A stretch of 42,688 nt of DNA from a virus. The stretch lies in IMG/VR virus record IMGVR_UViG_3300032180_000016, positions 1-42,688 of that record; one strand, written 5' to 3'. The notes below the pieces were generated by a model, which saw only the letters and a list, made by a program, of their open reading frames with translations, was not told where the DNA came from and searched no databases. Position numbers and translations under genes: made by a program. Below are positions 1 to 9,033 of the stretch, one piece after another; the first letter of the stretch is position 1; the number at the start of each line of letters is the position of its first letter.

Positions 1-127
1 CGCAAGGGCTCCTGTATCTCGCCAAGGATGGTGAAAAGACTCCACCGGAGATGGCCCCAGAAGATGTTTTGGTAGTTGGACGAGGTTCCTACGATTTGGC
101 GATTACCACCGGGCCCAGCAAAGAGAG
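1..127. repeat. Terminal direct repeat, copy 1 (identical to 42562..42688)
   Basis: Read directly: cgcaagggctcctgtatctcgcc...gggcccagcaaagagag occurs at both window ends. Confidence 0.97.
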
Positions 128-677
128 CGAGCGCGAAGACGCTCAGTCAGTATTCGACACCATCATCCAGAATCTCCAGGCATTACCTGTCCCGCAGCCG
201 ATTGGGCAGAAAATCCTATCTCTCGCCTTGCGGTTAAAGAATGCGGGCCCGCTGGTTGACCAGATGGCAAAGCTACTGGACCCCGAGGAAGGGACTGCTG
301 AGGAAAAGGCGCAAAAGCTGATGCAGCAGGCCCAACAGCAACAGCAACTCATGCAGGAGCTTCAGGCCGAGCTGAGCAAACTGCAACTGGAAAAACAGGG
401 CAAGGTCTTAGAGCTCCAGGCCAAGCATGAAATCGAAAAGATGAACTTCGAGCTCCAGAAAATCAAGATTGACGCATCAATCGCCATCGCGGAGATACAG
501 ACCAAAGCGCAGATTGCGAGCGAGCGCGAGGCGGAACTGGCGCAGACCAACCGCGAACTGCACCAGGCCGCTCACGAGACAGCTCTTTCCGCGCAAGAGC
601 ACGGCCAGACGTTAGAGCAGAGTGCGCAGACAGCCGCACTACAGCCTCCGCCTGAGCCTGCTCAGCCACAAGTTTAG
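1..677 (+). CDS. Portal protein, C-terminal part (continues from 41187..42688 across the circular junction)
   Basis: The frame of ORF 51..677 is open back to base 3 and matches the frame open at the window end. The last ~120 aa are a Q/E/K/L heptad-rich coiled coil, like the P22 portal barrel. Confidence 0.85.
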   Translation, partial: QGLLYLAKDGEKTPPEMAPEDVLVVGRGSYDLAITTGPSKESEREDAQSVFDTIIQNLQALPVPQPIGQKILSLALRLKNAGPLVDQMAKLLDPEEGTAEEKAQKLMQQAQQQQQLMQELQAELSKLQLEKQGKVLELQAKHEIEKMNFELQKIKIDASIAIAEIQTKAQIASEREAELAQTNRELHQAAHETALSAQEHGQTLEQSAQTAALQPPPEPAQPQV

Positions 678-702
678 AAAATCCCATCATCGAGGAAAAA
701 CG

Positions 703-1773
703 ATGCCTAATGACGCAACAGTAACGACAGAAGCGGCCACGTCAACCGCGACCAAGGAAACACCTAACCCTTATGCTTCCGGCAAGCTGACAAAAGAAAT
801 CAGCGAAGCCTTTCTTACAGGCAAACAGCCTGCCCCGCCGGCCAAGACCACGGAGCCTACGGCAACTCCTGACACGTCGAAAGAGACGCCATCCGCGCCA
901 GACGGCAAAAGCGCGACCGCTACGGAAACGGTCAAAGAAACGAAGCAGGATCGCCCGAAGAAAGACGGCCCTGAAGCCCGAATTGATGAACTGACCCGCA
1001 ACTGGCGCGAAGAACAACGCCGAACCGCCAAGCTCGAACAGGAACTCTCAGAAGCCCGCAAGTCGCAAACGACGCAGAAAGAACCCCCGGACTCGTCAGC
1101 CGCAGCGACTACGGAAGAACTGAAAGAACCTGTCCTCCCTGAACTCAAAGACTTCGAAGGCAAACCAATGTCGGAGTACGACGCGGCTCTCCGCAAGTAC
1201 AGCCGGGAATTGGCAGCCTACGAAGCCAAGAAAGCGGTTCAGGACTATGAGCAGCGTCAAGCGAATACGCAGCGCCAGCAGACGGTCAACCAGCAGTTGA
1301 CGGAAGCCAAGAAACGCTATCCGGACTGGGATACGGTCGGCAAGGCGGCCATTGAAGCAGTCTGGGGAGATGGCAAGCCTGAATCCGGCGCTCATCCCGC
1401 GGTGAAACATGCCCTGGGAATGACAGCCGAGATGACGGACTTGCTGTATGTCCTTGGCGGCGACAAGGGCTTACCGGAATTCATTGCGCTATCCAGGCGC
1501 GATCCGGTAGCAGCCATCATGGAGCTAGGCGTGAAACGCGCTCTGCTCATGCCGGAACTGGCAAAGGCCGCGGACGAACTGAAGAACAAGGGCGAAAAGA
1601 AAGATCCTCCTGCTAAGACCAAAACCGATGAACCACAGCTAACGCGGGAAGTTGGGACCAGGGGAACTGGCCCGAGCGATCCCGCAGCGGATGCGGTTCG
1701 GCGCGCTAACGGCAAATTGACCAAAGAGGTCCAGGCCGAATGGCAGCGCAAAGCGGCTTTGCGCTTCAAGTAG
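703..1773 (+). CDS. Scaffolding protein candidate
   Basis: Lies between the portal and major capsid genes (P22 gp8 position). 356 aa, very K/E/T/A-rich and helical-looking. ATG 703 follows GAGGAAAAA; the 622 start in the ORF track would overlap the portal end. Confidence 0.65.
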   Translation: MPNDATVTTEAATSTATKETPNPYASGKLTKEISEAFLTGKQPAPPAKTTEPTATPDTSKETPSAPDGKSATATETVKETKQDRPKKDGPEARIDELTRNWREEQRRTAKLEQELSEARKSQTTQKEPPDSSAAATTEELKEPVLPELKDFEGKPMSEYDAALRKYSRELAAYEAKKAVQDYEQRQANTQRQQTVNQQLTEAKKRYPDWDTVGKAAIEAVWGDGKPESGAHPAVKHALGMTAEMTDLLYVLGGDKGLPEFIALSRRDPVAAIMELGVKRALLMPELAKAADELKNKGEKKDPPAKTKTDEPQLTREVGTRGTGPSDPAADAVRRANGKLTKEVQAEWQRKAALRFK

Positions 1774-1806
1774 CTGAGGCGCAAGCGGGAAGGTATTCGG
1801 TAATCA

Positions 1807-3036
1807 GTGGCAAACAATTTTGCATTACCCAACTGGGTAGCCATGAAAATCCTGTGGTTCCTCAAGAACTCACTGGAAGTTGCGGCCCAGTTCAATACCG
1901 AGTGGGAAGCGGAATTCACAAAGAGTTTCCCGGTCGGCTCGCAAGTTCAAATCAAACTGCCCCAGTACTGGCTGGTAAATGACGGACTGGGTTATCAGCC
2001 TCAGGGCATTAACCGGCTGGTGACGAGCATCAACCTGGATCAGATTTTCAATATCCACTTCGAGTGGGATTCCTACGAAAAGCTGATTGCGATGGAGCGC
2101 AACGAGGAAGAACTGGAAGAAGCCTATTTCCGGCCCGCCGGAGAGCAGCTCGCACAGGAAGCCGACACCCGCGCTGCGAACTGGGCCACACTCTACACTT
2201 CGAACGTTGTAGGGACGTTGGGCACGGATTCAACCACGCTCTCACCGTTCACTGCGGCCGAGCGGCGTTTGTTTGAGAAGGCCTGCCCTCCCGGCAAAAA
2301 GCACATGTGCATTTCGCCGTCTTTGATGGAAAGCTACGTGAAGAACAACGTCACGCAGTTCAATCCCACCAAAGACATCGGCGACATGTTCCGCCGGGGC
2401 GTGATTGGTACGGTAGCCGGGGCAACCTTCTATCGCTCCAACTCGCTATTCAAGCAGACTGCCGGAACCATTGCATCGACTCTGACCGTCACCGGGGCCA
2501 ACCAGTCGGGCTCGTCCCTGGTTGTAACCGGATCGAATGCTGACACCATCAATGCTGGCGATAAGTTCTCTATTGCCAGCGTGAACGGCGTCAATCCCCG
2601 TACCCGGCGCGCGGGCTCGATGGGCGTCCAGAACTTCACCGTTGCCCAAAACTACACGCTGACCGGCGGCAACGACACCATCAACATCTTCCCGGCAATC
2701 TTCGGCCCTGGATCGCAATACCAGAACGTCGATTCTCTGCCGGGCAATGGCGCTGCAATCACCATGTGGCCCGGAACCGCGTCACCGAACGGCAAGGCTG
2801 GGCTAGTCTCCCTGCTTCTGACCAAATACGCATTCCTGATGGCTGGCGGGAAGTTCGAGAATCCCAAGGCTGTCGAGAAAGCGGAGATGGCGGAAGACGA
2901 AGAGACGGGTCTTTCCATCGCCTTCGTGCGCGCCTACGACCAAAAAGAACGCAAGATGACCAACCGCTATGACTGCTGCTTGGGCTTCGGCCTCGGCTAC
3001 CAGGACAACGGCGCTGTGGCAGTGGCGGGAGCATAA
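1807..3036 (+). CDS. Major capsid protein (P22 coat gp5-like by position and recalled similarity)
   Basis: 409 aa directly after the scaffold gene, GTG start. Size and position are typical, and the sequence resembles the P22 coat family from memory only. Confidence 0.8.
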   Translation: MANNFALPNWVAMKILWFLKNSLEVAAQFNTEWEAEFTKSFPVGSQVQIKLPQYWLVNDGLGYQPQGINRLVTSINLDQIFNIHFEWDSYEKLIAMERNEEELEEAYFRPAGEQLAQEADTRAANWATLYTSNVVGTLGTDSTTLSPFTAAERRLFEKACPPGKKHMCISPSLMESYVKNNVTQFNPTKDIGDMFRRGVIGTVAGATFYRSNSLFKQTAGTIASTLTVTGANQSGSSLVVTGSNADTINAGDKFSIASVNGVNPRTRRAGSMGVQNFTVAQNYTLTGGNDTINIFPAIFGPGSQYQNVDSLPGNGAAITMWPGTASPNGKAGLVSLLLTKYAFLMAGGKFENPKAVEKAEMAEDEETGLSIAFVRAYDQKERKMTNRYDCCLGFGLGYQDNGAVAVAGA

Positions 3037-3048
3037 GGAGACAACCAA

Positions 3049-4026
3049 ATGAAAAAACTGATTCTCGCACTCTCTCTGCTGCTGTTCGGATTGCCTGCGT
3101 TCGCGCAGATCATTGCGACCAACACCACACTGTCTGCGGCGGTGGCTGACTCAAAAAGTCAGCTCATTGTTGTGGCCTCGGCTACGGGCATCAATGTGCG
3201 CTCGGCCTCGGATAACACCAAGGCTACGCTGCTCTATATTGACCGTGAGGCGATGGACGTTACCGCGGTAAACGGTACGACTATCACCGTGCGGCGCGGC
3301 GCGGAATCGACTCCGGCTACTCCCCATGCTTCTGGGGCGGTAGTCTTTGTCTATCCGCGGTATCTGTTAACCAACATCGGTGGCGGCATGATCGACAATG
3401 CCCCATCGTTCCCCGGCGGCTCCTGCACGCGAGGCAATGAACTGATTTTGCCGCGCATTCAGTTGACTTCCGGCCTGTTCTCCGATTGCATCGGCGGCCA
3501 GTGGGTTAACGGAGACGCGACACAGACCACGCGAACCCTGTTCAACCTGTTCCGCTATCCCGATCCTGGATCTACAACCCTGTCCACCATTGAAACGTCA
3601 GGCACTGCGGCCGCGGCCAACACGGAGATTTACTGCACGGAGCTCGACTTGCCGTACAGCGTGTTGATTACCGGCTTGGCGGTTCTGAACGGGACCACCG
3701 TAGGCACGAACAAGCACTTCCTGATTCTCTACGACGCAACCGGGAACGTGCTTGCCAATACCGCGACGGCGGGAACGCTGACGGCTGGCGCATCGACTTA
3801 CCAGAAGATCAACCTCGTCAACAAGTATTACGCGGTTGGTCCGGCCCGGTATTTCGTGTGCGACGGCTTGAACGGAACCACGGACACCATTCGGCACGCC
3901 TCTACCGGCTCGAATGACAACATCCTTGGCGGAACTGTTGGCACTCAGGTATTCGGCACGGCCATCAAGATCACCGTTCCGAGCTCGTTTACCACGGTGA
4001 AGGTTCCGTACATCGCGATCTTTTAA
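3049..4026 (+). CDS. Beta-rich protein with Sec-type signal peptide (MKKLILALSLLLFGLPAFAQ), function unknown; decoration-protein position
   Basis: Strong RBS (AAGGAGACAACCAA-ATG). The N-terminus has a basic n-region, a hydrophobic h-region and an AFA-Q site. The rest is T/G/N/A-rich beta-type sequence. An intrinsic terminator follows. Confidence 0.8.
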   Translation: MKKLILALSLLLFGLPAFAQIIATNTTLSAAVADSKSQLIVVASATGINVRSASDNTKATLLYIDREAMDVTAVNGTTITVRRGAESTPATPHASGAVVFVYPRYLLTNIGGGMIDNAPSFPGGSCTRGNELILPRIQLTSGLFSDCIGGQWVNGDATQTTRTLFNLFRYPDPGSTTLSTIETSGTAAAANTEIYCTELDLPYSVLITGLAVLNGTTVGTNKHFLILYDATGNVLANTATAGTLTAGASTYQKINLVNKYYAVGPARYFVCDGLNGTTDTIRHASTGSNDNILGGTVGTQVFGTAIKITVPSSFTTVKVPYIAIF

Positions 4027-4038
4027 CCCATCAACCCA

Positions 4039-4069
4039 AGGGGCTGCCACATAAGCGGCCCCTACTTTT
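4039..4069 (+). terminator. Rho-independent terminator or attenuator after the capsid gene pair
   Basis: aggggctgc / gcggcccct form a 9-bp stem (one G-U) with the 7-nt loop cacataa, followed by acTTTT. Confidence 0.6.
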
Positions 4070-4086
4070 CCTGAAAGGAATTTTCA

Positions 4087-4299
4087 ATGGCAAATCTACA
4101 CGCAGTTCCCGAACCGCATCCATCAACCGCCAAGTACCGCCAAGCTGACAGTCAGCCTGGATACGTTCACCAGGAATTTCCCAAGCTCGTATACAAAGGC
4201 AAAAACCACAAATCCGTTGCCAATGCCGAGGAACAGGAAGCGGCCATTGCTGAGGGCTTTGACCTTAAACCGCCGGCCCCGCCCAAAGAGGAGGAGTAA
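4087..4299 (+). CDS. Small protein with EFPKLVY motif (paralogue of the next gene)
   Basis: 70 aa. Shares EFPK(L/M)(V/L)Y ... EE(Q/K) ... (E/K)G(F/Y) with ORF 4299..4589. Confidence 0.65.
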   Translation: MANLHAVPEPHPSTAKYRQADSQPGYVHQEFPKLVYKGKNHKSVANAEEQEAAIAEGFDLKPPAPPKEEE

Positions 4300-4589
4300 T
4301 GCCGCAAGCCATTGACGAAGAGAAAATGACGGCGAAGTTTCAGGCCAACCAGACGTTCGACATGCACGCTCCACCCCTCAAGAACATTCCGCACATGGAA
4401 TTTCCCAAGATGCTCTACCTCTGGCCCAAAGACAAGACTCTTCCTCCGACCAGCAAAACGGCCATTGCCGCGAATGAAAAAGAGGAGAAAGCTCTGCTGA
4501 AAAAGGGATACCGCACGCAGCCGCACGTGCAGGAGTTCCCCGGCGATCTTCCCGAGGGCTTTGAGCCGGATTTGTCGCAGGGAAACTAA
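4299..4589 (+). CDS. Small protein with EFPKMLY motif (paralogue of the previous gene)
   Basis: 96 aa. Its ATG overlaps the previous TAA (TAATG). It has a second partial copy of the motif, QEFPGDLPEGFEP. Confidence 0.65.
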   Translation: MPQAIDEEKMTAKFQANQTFDMHAPPLKNIPHMEFPKMLYLWPKDKTLPPTSKTAIAANEKEEKALLKKGYRTQPHVQEFPGDLPEGFEPDLSQGN

Positions 4590-5357
4590 TTGCCGAACTT
4601 CACGGCGCAAAACACTACGGTTTCGGTCAAGGTCGGGGATCTGTGCGACTCGATCTTGCGGGAACTCGGAGTCACGGCGCAGGGCGAGAACTCGTCTGCG
4701 GGAAATTCCAACTGGGTATTGGAGAATCTTCAGCGGCGTATTGACCTGGTTAACGCTCAGCGGCAGTTGATCTATGCCGAGACGTTTCCAGTTTTCAATC
4801 TGCTAACCAATACCCAGCCAATCACTATCGGGCCGGGCGGGCAATTCGTGCTGCCTGCTCCACCGATCAGGATTGTTGGCTGCTCTTTGATTCTCACCGG
4901 CGGCGTAGAGATCGAGATGCAGATGCTCACTGAAGCGCAGTGGGAAGAAGTCTCGATTAAGGGGCTCACGTCTACTATTGCGGTAGCGCTGTACTATGAG
5001 CGCCAGTTCCCGCTCGGCAATCTCTACTTCTGGCCCGTCCCAACGCAGGCTAACCAGGTCCGGTTGCGGATCTGGCAAAACCTGCCGCAAGCTCTCTCAC
5101 TCGTGACGGCTCTGGCTCTCCCACCGGCGTACTGGGCTTATCTGGTTTGCGCTGGAGCGTTCGATTCTGCCGTGTCTTACGGTATGGCCGCAATGCAGCG
5201 GGTCGGCTCGGAAGTATTCAAATCGAAATACCGCGAAGCGCTGAACGCGATCAAAGACAACAATGCCGACGTGCCCCCGCTCAAGAGTGGAGTTCCATCG
5301 GGACACAAAGGCAGCGTCATTCCCGATTTCAATTTCCTGACTGGTTTCAGTAGGTAA
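4590..5357 (+). CDS. Head-to-tail adaptor candidate (P22 gp4 / T7 gp11 position)
   Basis: 255 aa with a TTG start directly after the upstream stop and no in-frame ATG or GTG nearby. The call rests on position between the capsid and hub genes; there is no firm motif. Confidence 0.55.
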   Translation: MPNFTAQNTTVSVKVGDLCDSILRELGVTAQGENSSAGNSNWVLENLQRRIDLVNAQRQLIYAETFPVFNLLTNTQPITIGPGGQFVLPAPPIRIVGCSLILTGGVEIEMQMLTEAQWEEVSIKGLTSTIAVALYYERQFPLGNLYFWPVPTQANQVRLRIWQNLPQALSLVTALALPPAYWAYLVCAGAFDSAVSYGMAAMQRVGSEVFKSKYREALNAIKDNNADVPPLKSGVPSGHKGSVIPDFNFLTGFSR

Positions 5358-5360
5358 ACC

Positions 5361-6176
5361 ATGAAAAAACTCATTCTCCTGCTTCTGCTCGCGCTTCCCT
5401 GCTTCGCGCAGCAAGGGCTTGCCCCGACCGTCATTACCGGAAACCTGACAGCCTCAAGCTCAAGCTGTCTAGCCTCAAATTGCACGACCGTTGCTCTGCT
5501 CGGGCAGCAGTCGGCAGTGACCGTGCAGCTCACCGGAACATGGTCGGCAACCGCTCAATTTGAAATCAGTTCCGACAACGGAACCACCTGGAATGCATGG
5601 AGCGGCCAGCTTCAGAATGCTACGTCCTTCGCGTCATCCGCGACGGCCAACGGGGTCTGGCAATTTAACACGGCGGGATATACCAATTTCAGGGTAAGGC
5701 TCTCCGCGTTTTCCTCAGGCACTGTCGCGGTCACAATCACCGTTGACGCTGATATTCCATCGCTCGCAAATTTCTTCGCAAACACTCCGGGTACAAGCGA
5801 TCCCTGCCAGAACCCCGGAGTCTTGAAGTCCAATGTCGCAATCAATATCTCGTCTGCTACTACTACAGCGCTGGTAGCGGTATCGGGAGCGACCGCCGTT
5901 TATGTCTGCGGCTTTTCTCTGACCATTAGCCAAGTCGCAACCACGGCAAACACCATCGCCTTCGAGCAAGGCACCGGCGCGGCATGCGCTGGAACCCCGA
6001 CGGCCTTGACGGGCCTCTACGGAGCGGGCGGAGTGACGGCGGCTGCTCCCATCGTGATTTCTCAGTCGGGGCCGGGAACCATCTTCAAGACCGCAGCCTC
6101 CAACGGCCTCTGCGCTTTAACCGCTATCGGGGCCAGTGGAAGCTTTCAAGGTGTATTGACCTTCGTGCAGCAATAG
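5361..6176 (+). CDS. Second beta-rich protein with Sec-type signal peptide (MKKLILLLLLALPCFAQQ), function unknown
   Basis: 271 aa. The first 18 nt differ by 1 nt from the start of gene 3049. The sequence is S/T/A/G-rich and looks like two beta-sandwich regions. Confidence 0.8.
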   Translation: MKKLILLLLLALPCFAQQGLAPTVITGNLTASSSSCLASNCTTVALLGQQSAVTVQLTGTWSATAQFEISSDNGTTWNAWSGQLQNATSFASSATANGVWQFNTAGYTNFRVRLSAFSSGTVAVTITVDADIPSLANFFANTPGTSDPCQNPGVLKSNVAINISSATTTALVAVSGATAVYVCGFSLTISQVATTANTIAFEQGTGAACAGTPTALTGLYGAGGVTAAAPIVISQSGPGTIFKTAASNGLCALTAIGASGSFQGVLTFVQQ

Positions 6177-6179
6177 CCC

Positions 6180-7688
6180 ATGAGTAGATTCGGATTCGTC
6201 GGGGCTTCATACCCGTCACAATCAATCATTTCCGACAACCAGCGGCTATTGAACTGGTTTGTGGAAGCCAATGAATCTGGCGATGGCAAGAGCGCTCGCT
6301 CAATGTACCGGATGCCGGGAACGCAGCGGTTTTGCACTTTGCCGGATTTGCCTGTCCGCGGGGGAGTTGAGATCAATGGGCGCACCTTCAGGGTGTCCGG
6401 GGCTACATTCTTTGAGATCAAGGCTGATGGAACATTCACCGCAATCGGAGCGGTAGCGAACGACGGCAAACGGGCCTCGGTTGTCGCTTCCGCAGTAAAT
6501 GTCTTCATTGTCTCCGGCGGACAGGGTTACTGCTTCACGCTCGCTACCAATGCGTTTCTGGCAATCGACAACGTAAACACCCTTCCGAATCCGATCCTAG
6601 TGCAATATGTGGATTCGTTCTTTGTCGTGCTCAGAGCTGACGGGAAATTTCAGTATTCAGCGCCGTTGGACGGTACGACTTGGCCGGGCCTAAATGTGTC
6701 GGGCGTCTCCGTCTTTGCGGAAAAGCCAGTCTCGATCCTGATGGATCACCGGGACGTATTCATCTTTGGGCAAAAGCGCTCCGTCGCTTACTACGACTCG
6801 GGAAACATCTTTACATTTGATGTAAACCCGTCGGGCTTCATCGAAGACGGTATTGCCGGGCCGTTCTGCTGCGACCGCATAGACAACGGGGTGATGTACC
6901 TGGCGCAGGACGAACGCGGGAACATTCAGGCAAAAAGACTTCAGGGCTATACTCCGGCGCGCATCTCAAATCACGCTATTGAAACCAAGTGGCGGTCCTA
7001 CGCTCAGGTGTCAGATTGTGTTTCTTACGCCTGGGGGTTCAACGGGCATTCCTTCTGGCAGCTCTATTTTCCGTCCGCCAATCCGATTCCGGGCACCAAC
7101 CCGGTGCAATACTACGGCGCAACCTGGGTTTATGACGTAGCGACGCAGCTCTGGTGCGAGCGCTGCTTTTTAGATCCCGGCATCGGCGCGGAATGGGCGC
7201 ATCGCTCCTGGGGCCATACCTACGCCTTCGGGAAGCATTTAGTCGATGACTGGAACTCGGGAAACGTCTACTGGATGGACGACGCTTTCTTTACTGATGA
7301 CGGAAATAACATTAAGCGGCAACGGAGAGCGCCGCACGTTTCGACCGAGCAGGAATGGATTATCCATGAGTTCATGCAGGTTGATATGGAAGTAGGCCTT
7401 GCGACCTTGAAGGACGGCCTAGGGAATAATCGCGGGCCTCAGGTCATGCTCAGATGGTCCGATGATGGCGGAAAGACCTACGGCAATGAGCACTGGGCCG
7501 ACTGCGGACAGATTGGACAATATCTCACTCGCGTTAAGTGGGAGCAGCTAGGAATGGCGCGGGACCGGGTTTACGAGTTGAACTTTACCGACGCCGCTGA
7601 ATGTCGGATTGTGGATGCGTACCTTCAAGCCACAGGTTACGACAGGCCAACTCCAAGACTCTCTAAGAAACTTTCACAGGTCGCATGA
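6180..7688 (+). CDS. Tail hub / packaged-DNA stabilisation protein candidate (P22 gp10 position)
   Basis: 502 aa. Size and order match gp10-like hub proteins. The N-terminal pattern SYPSQS..DNQRLLNWFVE...GK...MYRMPG resembles that family from memory only. Confidence 0.65.
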   Translation: MSRFGFVGASYPSQSIISDNQRLLNWFVEANESGDGKSARSMYRMPGTQRFCTLPDLPVRGGVEINGRTFRVSGATFFEIKADGTFTAIGAVANDGKRASVVASAVNVFIVSGGQGYCFTLATNAFLAIDNVNTLPNPILVQYVDSFFVVLRADGKFQYSAPLDGTTWPGLNVSGVSVFAEKPVSILMDHRDVFIFGQKRSVAYYDSGNIFTFDVNPSGFIEDGIAGPFCCDRIDNGVMYLAQDERGNIQAKRLQGYTPARISNHAIETKWRSYAQVSDCVSYAWGFNGHSFWQLYFPSANPIPGTNPVQYYGATWVYDVATQLWCERCFLDPGIGAEWAHRSWGHTYAFGKHLVDDWNSGNVYWMDDAFFTDDGNNIKRQRRAPHVSTEQEWIIHEFMQVDMEVGLATLKDGLGNNRGPQVMLRWSDDGGKTYGNEHWADCGQIGQYLTRVKWEQLGMARDRVYELNFTDAAECRIVDAYLQATGYDRPTPRLSKKLSQVA

Positions 7689-8788
7689 GCAACCCAATCC
7701 CTCTAAATCAGCTTTTGCGGACGCCACTGTATGACCCTAAGACCGGGATCGTTCATCCCGACTGGCAGCGCTGGTTTACCTACAAAGTCCAGCAGATCGA
7801 CCCGGCATTGAATCTCCAGGGACAAGTACAGGCGACAACGAAGATTTCTGGACGTACGGAGCCGGTTGGAACCACGGTCACGAACCTGCAATCCGATGGG
7901 ACATTCAACAGTCTGGACAATGTTCACAATGGAACGTCATATCAGCGTCAGCCGGTCTTTGCAGGAACGGCAATCACAGTAGAGAATGGCAACTTTGAGA
8001 CTTCGGCCAATCTTCCGCCGGAGGGCTGGACGATTCAAGGTAATCCGGTTCTCTCGTACGAGACTGTAGCTCCACAGGGCGGCCTTAGAAGCCTGATCGT
8101 TACTCCCAGCGGGATCTTTGACGGCGTGCTTTCGACGCGAAAGTTCTCTTGCAATCCTGGGGACGCTTTTAGGGTTTCGGGCTGGGTATTTCAGAGCTTT
8201 GCCGGGGACGCTTCAGTTCAGCTCAATTTTTACGACAAGACCGGAACGTTCATTGGTCAGATTGTCGCCACTGCTGCTACCACGGGAGCGTGGACGTTTA
8301 TCTTTGCAACCGGAATTGCTCCGGCTAATACGGTTTATCTGCGGCTTGGAGCGGTTCAACAGAACGCCGCAACGCGCCCGGTCAAGTTTGACAGTATCAA
8401 CGCCAGCCGCCTCCAAACAGCTTTTGAGCTGACCCCGATCAATACAGCGGGAACCCCAACGGCAACTACCGGGCTATGTACTCAGCACTCGGCCGGGGGG
8501 ACGAGAATTGATGTCGCGTCGTCTACATGGCAGTTCGGAGACGGGCAGGTTACGTACAACTCCGGCTTTGTAGACCCGGGATCTTTGGGAACTTGGTACA
8601 TCTACGCCGATGATCCGGCTTATTCGGGCGGGGCGGTAACGTATGTCGCGACCGCGACCCCGGCGAATGCCAATGCCGCCGATGGGAGATTGTTCTTCGG
8701 GAAAATAACCACTGCCGGCGGAACCGCAACAAGCACCGGCGGAGGCTCCGGCGGCGGTGGGCCGATTAGTAAGGCATCGCTGGTATGA
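7685..8788 (+). CDS. Tail fibre / receptor-binding protein with CBM4/9-like jelly-roll
   Basis: 367 aa. ENGNFETSANLPPEGWTIQGNP...LRSLIV...GDAFRVSGWVFQ...VQLNFYD...AWTFIFATG...VYLRLG fits the carbohydrate-binding-module pattern. The tail is Gly-rich. Confidence 0.7.
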   Translation: MSNPIPLNQLLRTPLYDPKTGIVHPDWQRWFTYKVQQIDPALNLQGQVQATTKISGRTEPVGTTVTNLQSDGTFNSLDNVHNGTSYQRQPVFAGTAITVENGNFETSANLPPEGWTIQGNPVLSYETVAPQGGLRSLIVTPSGIFDGVLSTRKFSCNPGDAFRVSGWVFQSFAGDASVQLNFYDKTGTFIGQIVATAATTGAWTFIFATGIAPANTVYLRLGAVQQNAATRPVKFDSINASRLQTAFELTPINTAGTPTATTGLCTQHSAGGTRIDVASSTWQFGDGQVTYNSGFVDPGSLGTWYIYADDPAYSGGAVTYVATATPANANAADGRLFFGKITTAGGTATSTGGGSGGGGPISKASLV

Positions 8789-9033
8789 GCCATGAACCGC
8801 AGATTGTAGAGGCGAAGCAGGTCACCAATGAGCAAGTGTCCTATCGTATCGTCTGCTGCGGAGAATCCTGTTCACAAGAGACATGCCGGCGCGATGCGCA
8901 TTCGTGCGAAGACTCTTGGGCCACGCTGAGCATTCACGATGATGACCACGAGTCAAAGCTTAAGGCCTATAAGCAGGAAGTCGCTGCGCGTCACGAAAAG
9001 ATGACTGCATGGAGACACAAGAACTCTAAATGA
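8785..9033 (+). CDS. Cys-rich acidic small protein
   Basis: 82 aa with CCGESCSQETC...C. ATGA overlaps on both sides. Confidence 0.6.
   Translation: MSHEPQIVEAKQVTNEQVSYRIVCCGESCSQETCRRDAHSCEDSWATLSIHDDDHESKLKAYKQEVAARHEKMTAWRHKNSK

Noticed and set aside
1-127. The 127-bp terminal repeat as a biological DTR/LTR or an insertion-element end
   Set aside because: It lies inside the portal reading frame, which is only intact when the ends are joined. The length equals a typical maximum assembly k-mer. It is best read as a circularisation overlap.
622-702. N-terminal extensions given by the longest-ORF track: 622, 11171, 18863, 20523, 22853, 24617, 32559, 33576, 35893, 36090 and 36631
   Set aside because: In each case an internal ATG with a Shine-Dalgarno sequence, or a 4-nt overlap with the upstream stop, gives a compact operon. 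The extension overlaps the preceding gene and reads as low-quality Arg/Pro-rich sequence.
7685-8788. A diversity-generating retroelement targeting the fibre gene, or any CRISPR array or retron
   Set aside because: No reverse-transcriptase motif (YxDD context) occurs in any frame. No template/variable repeat pair was seen around the fibre or tailspike 3' ends, and there are no regularly spaced direct repeats anywhere in the window.
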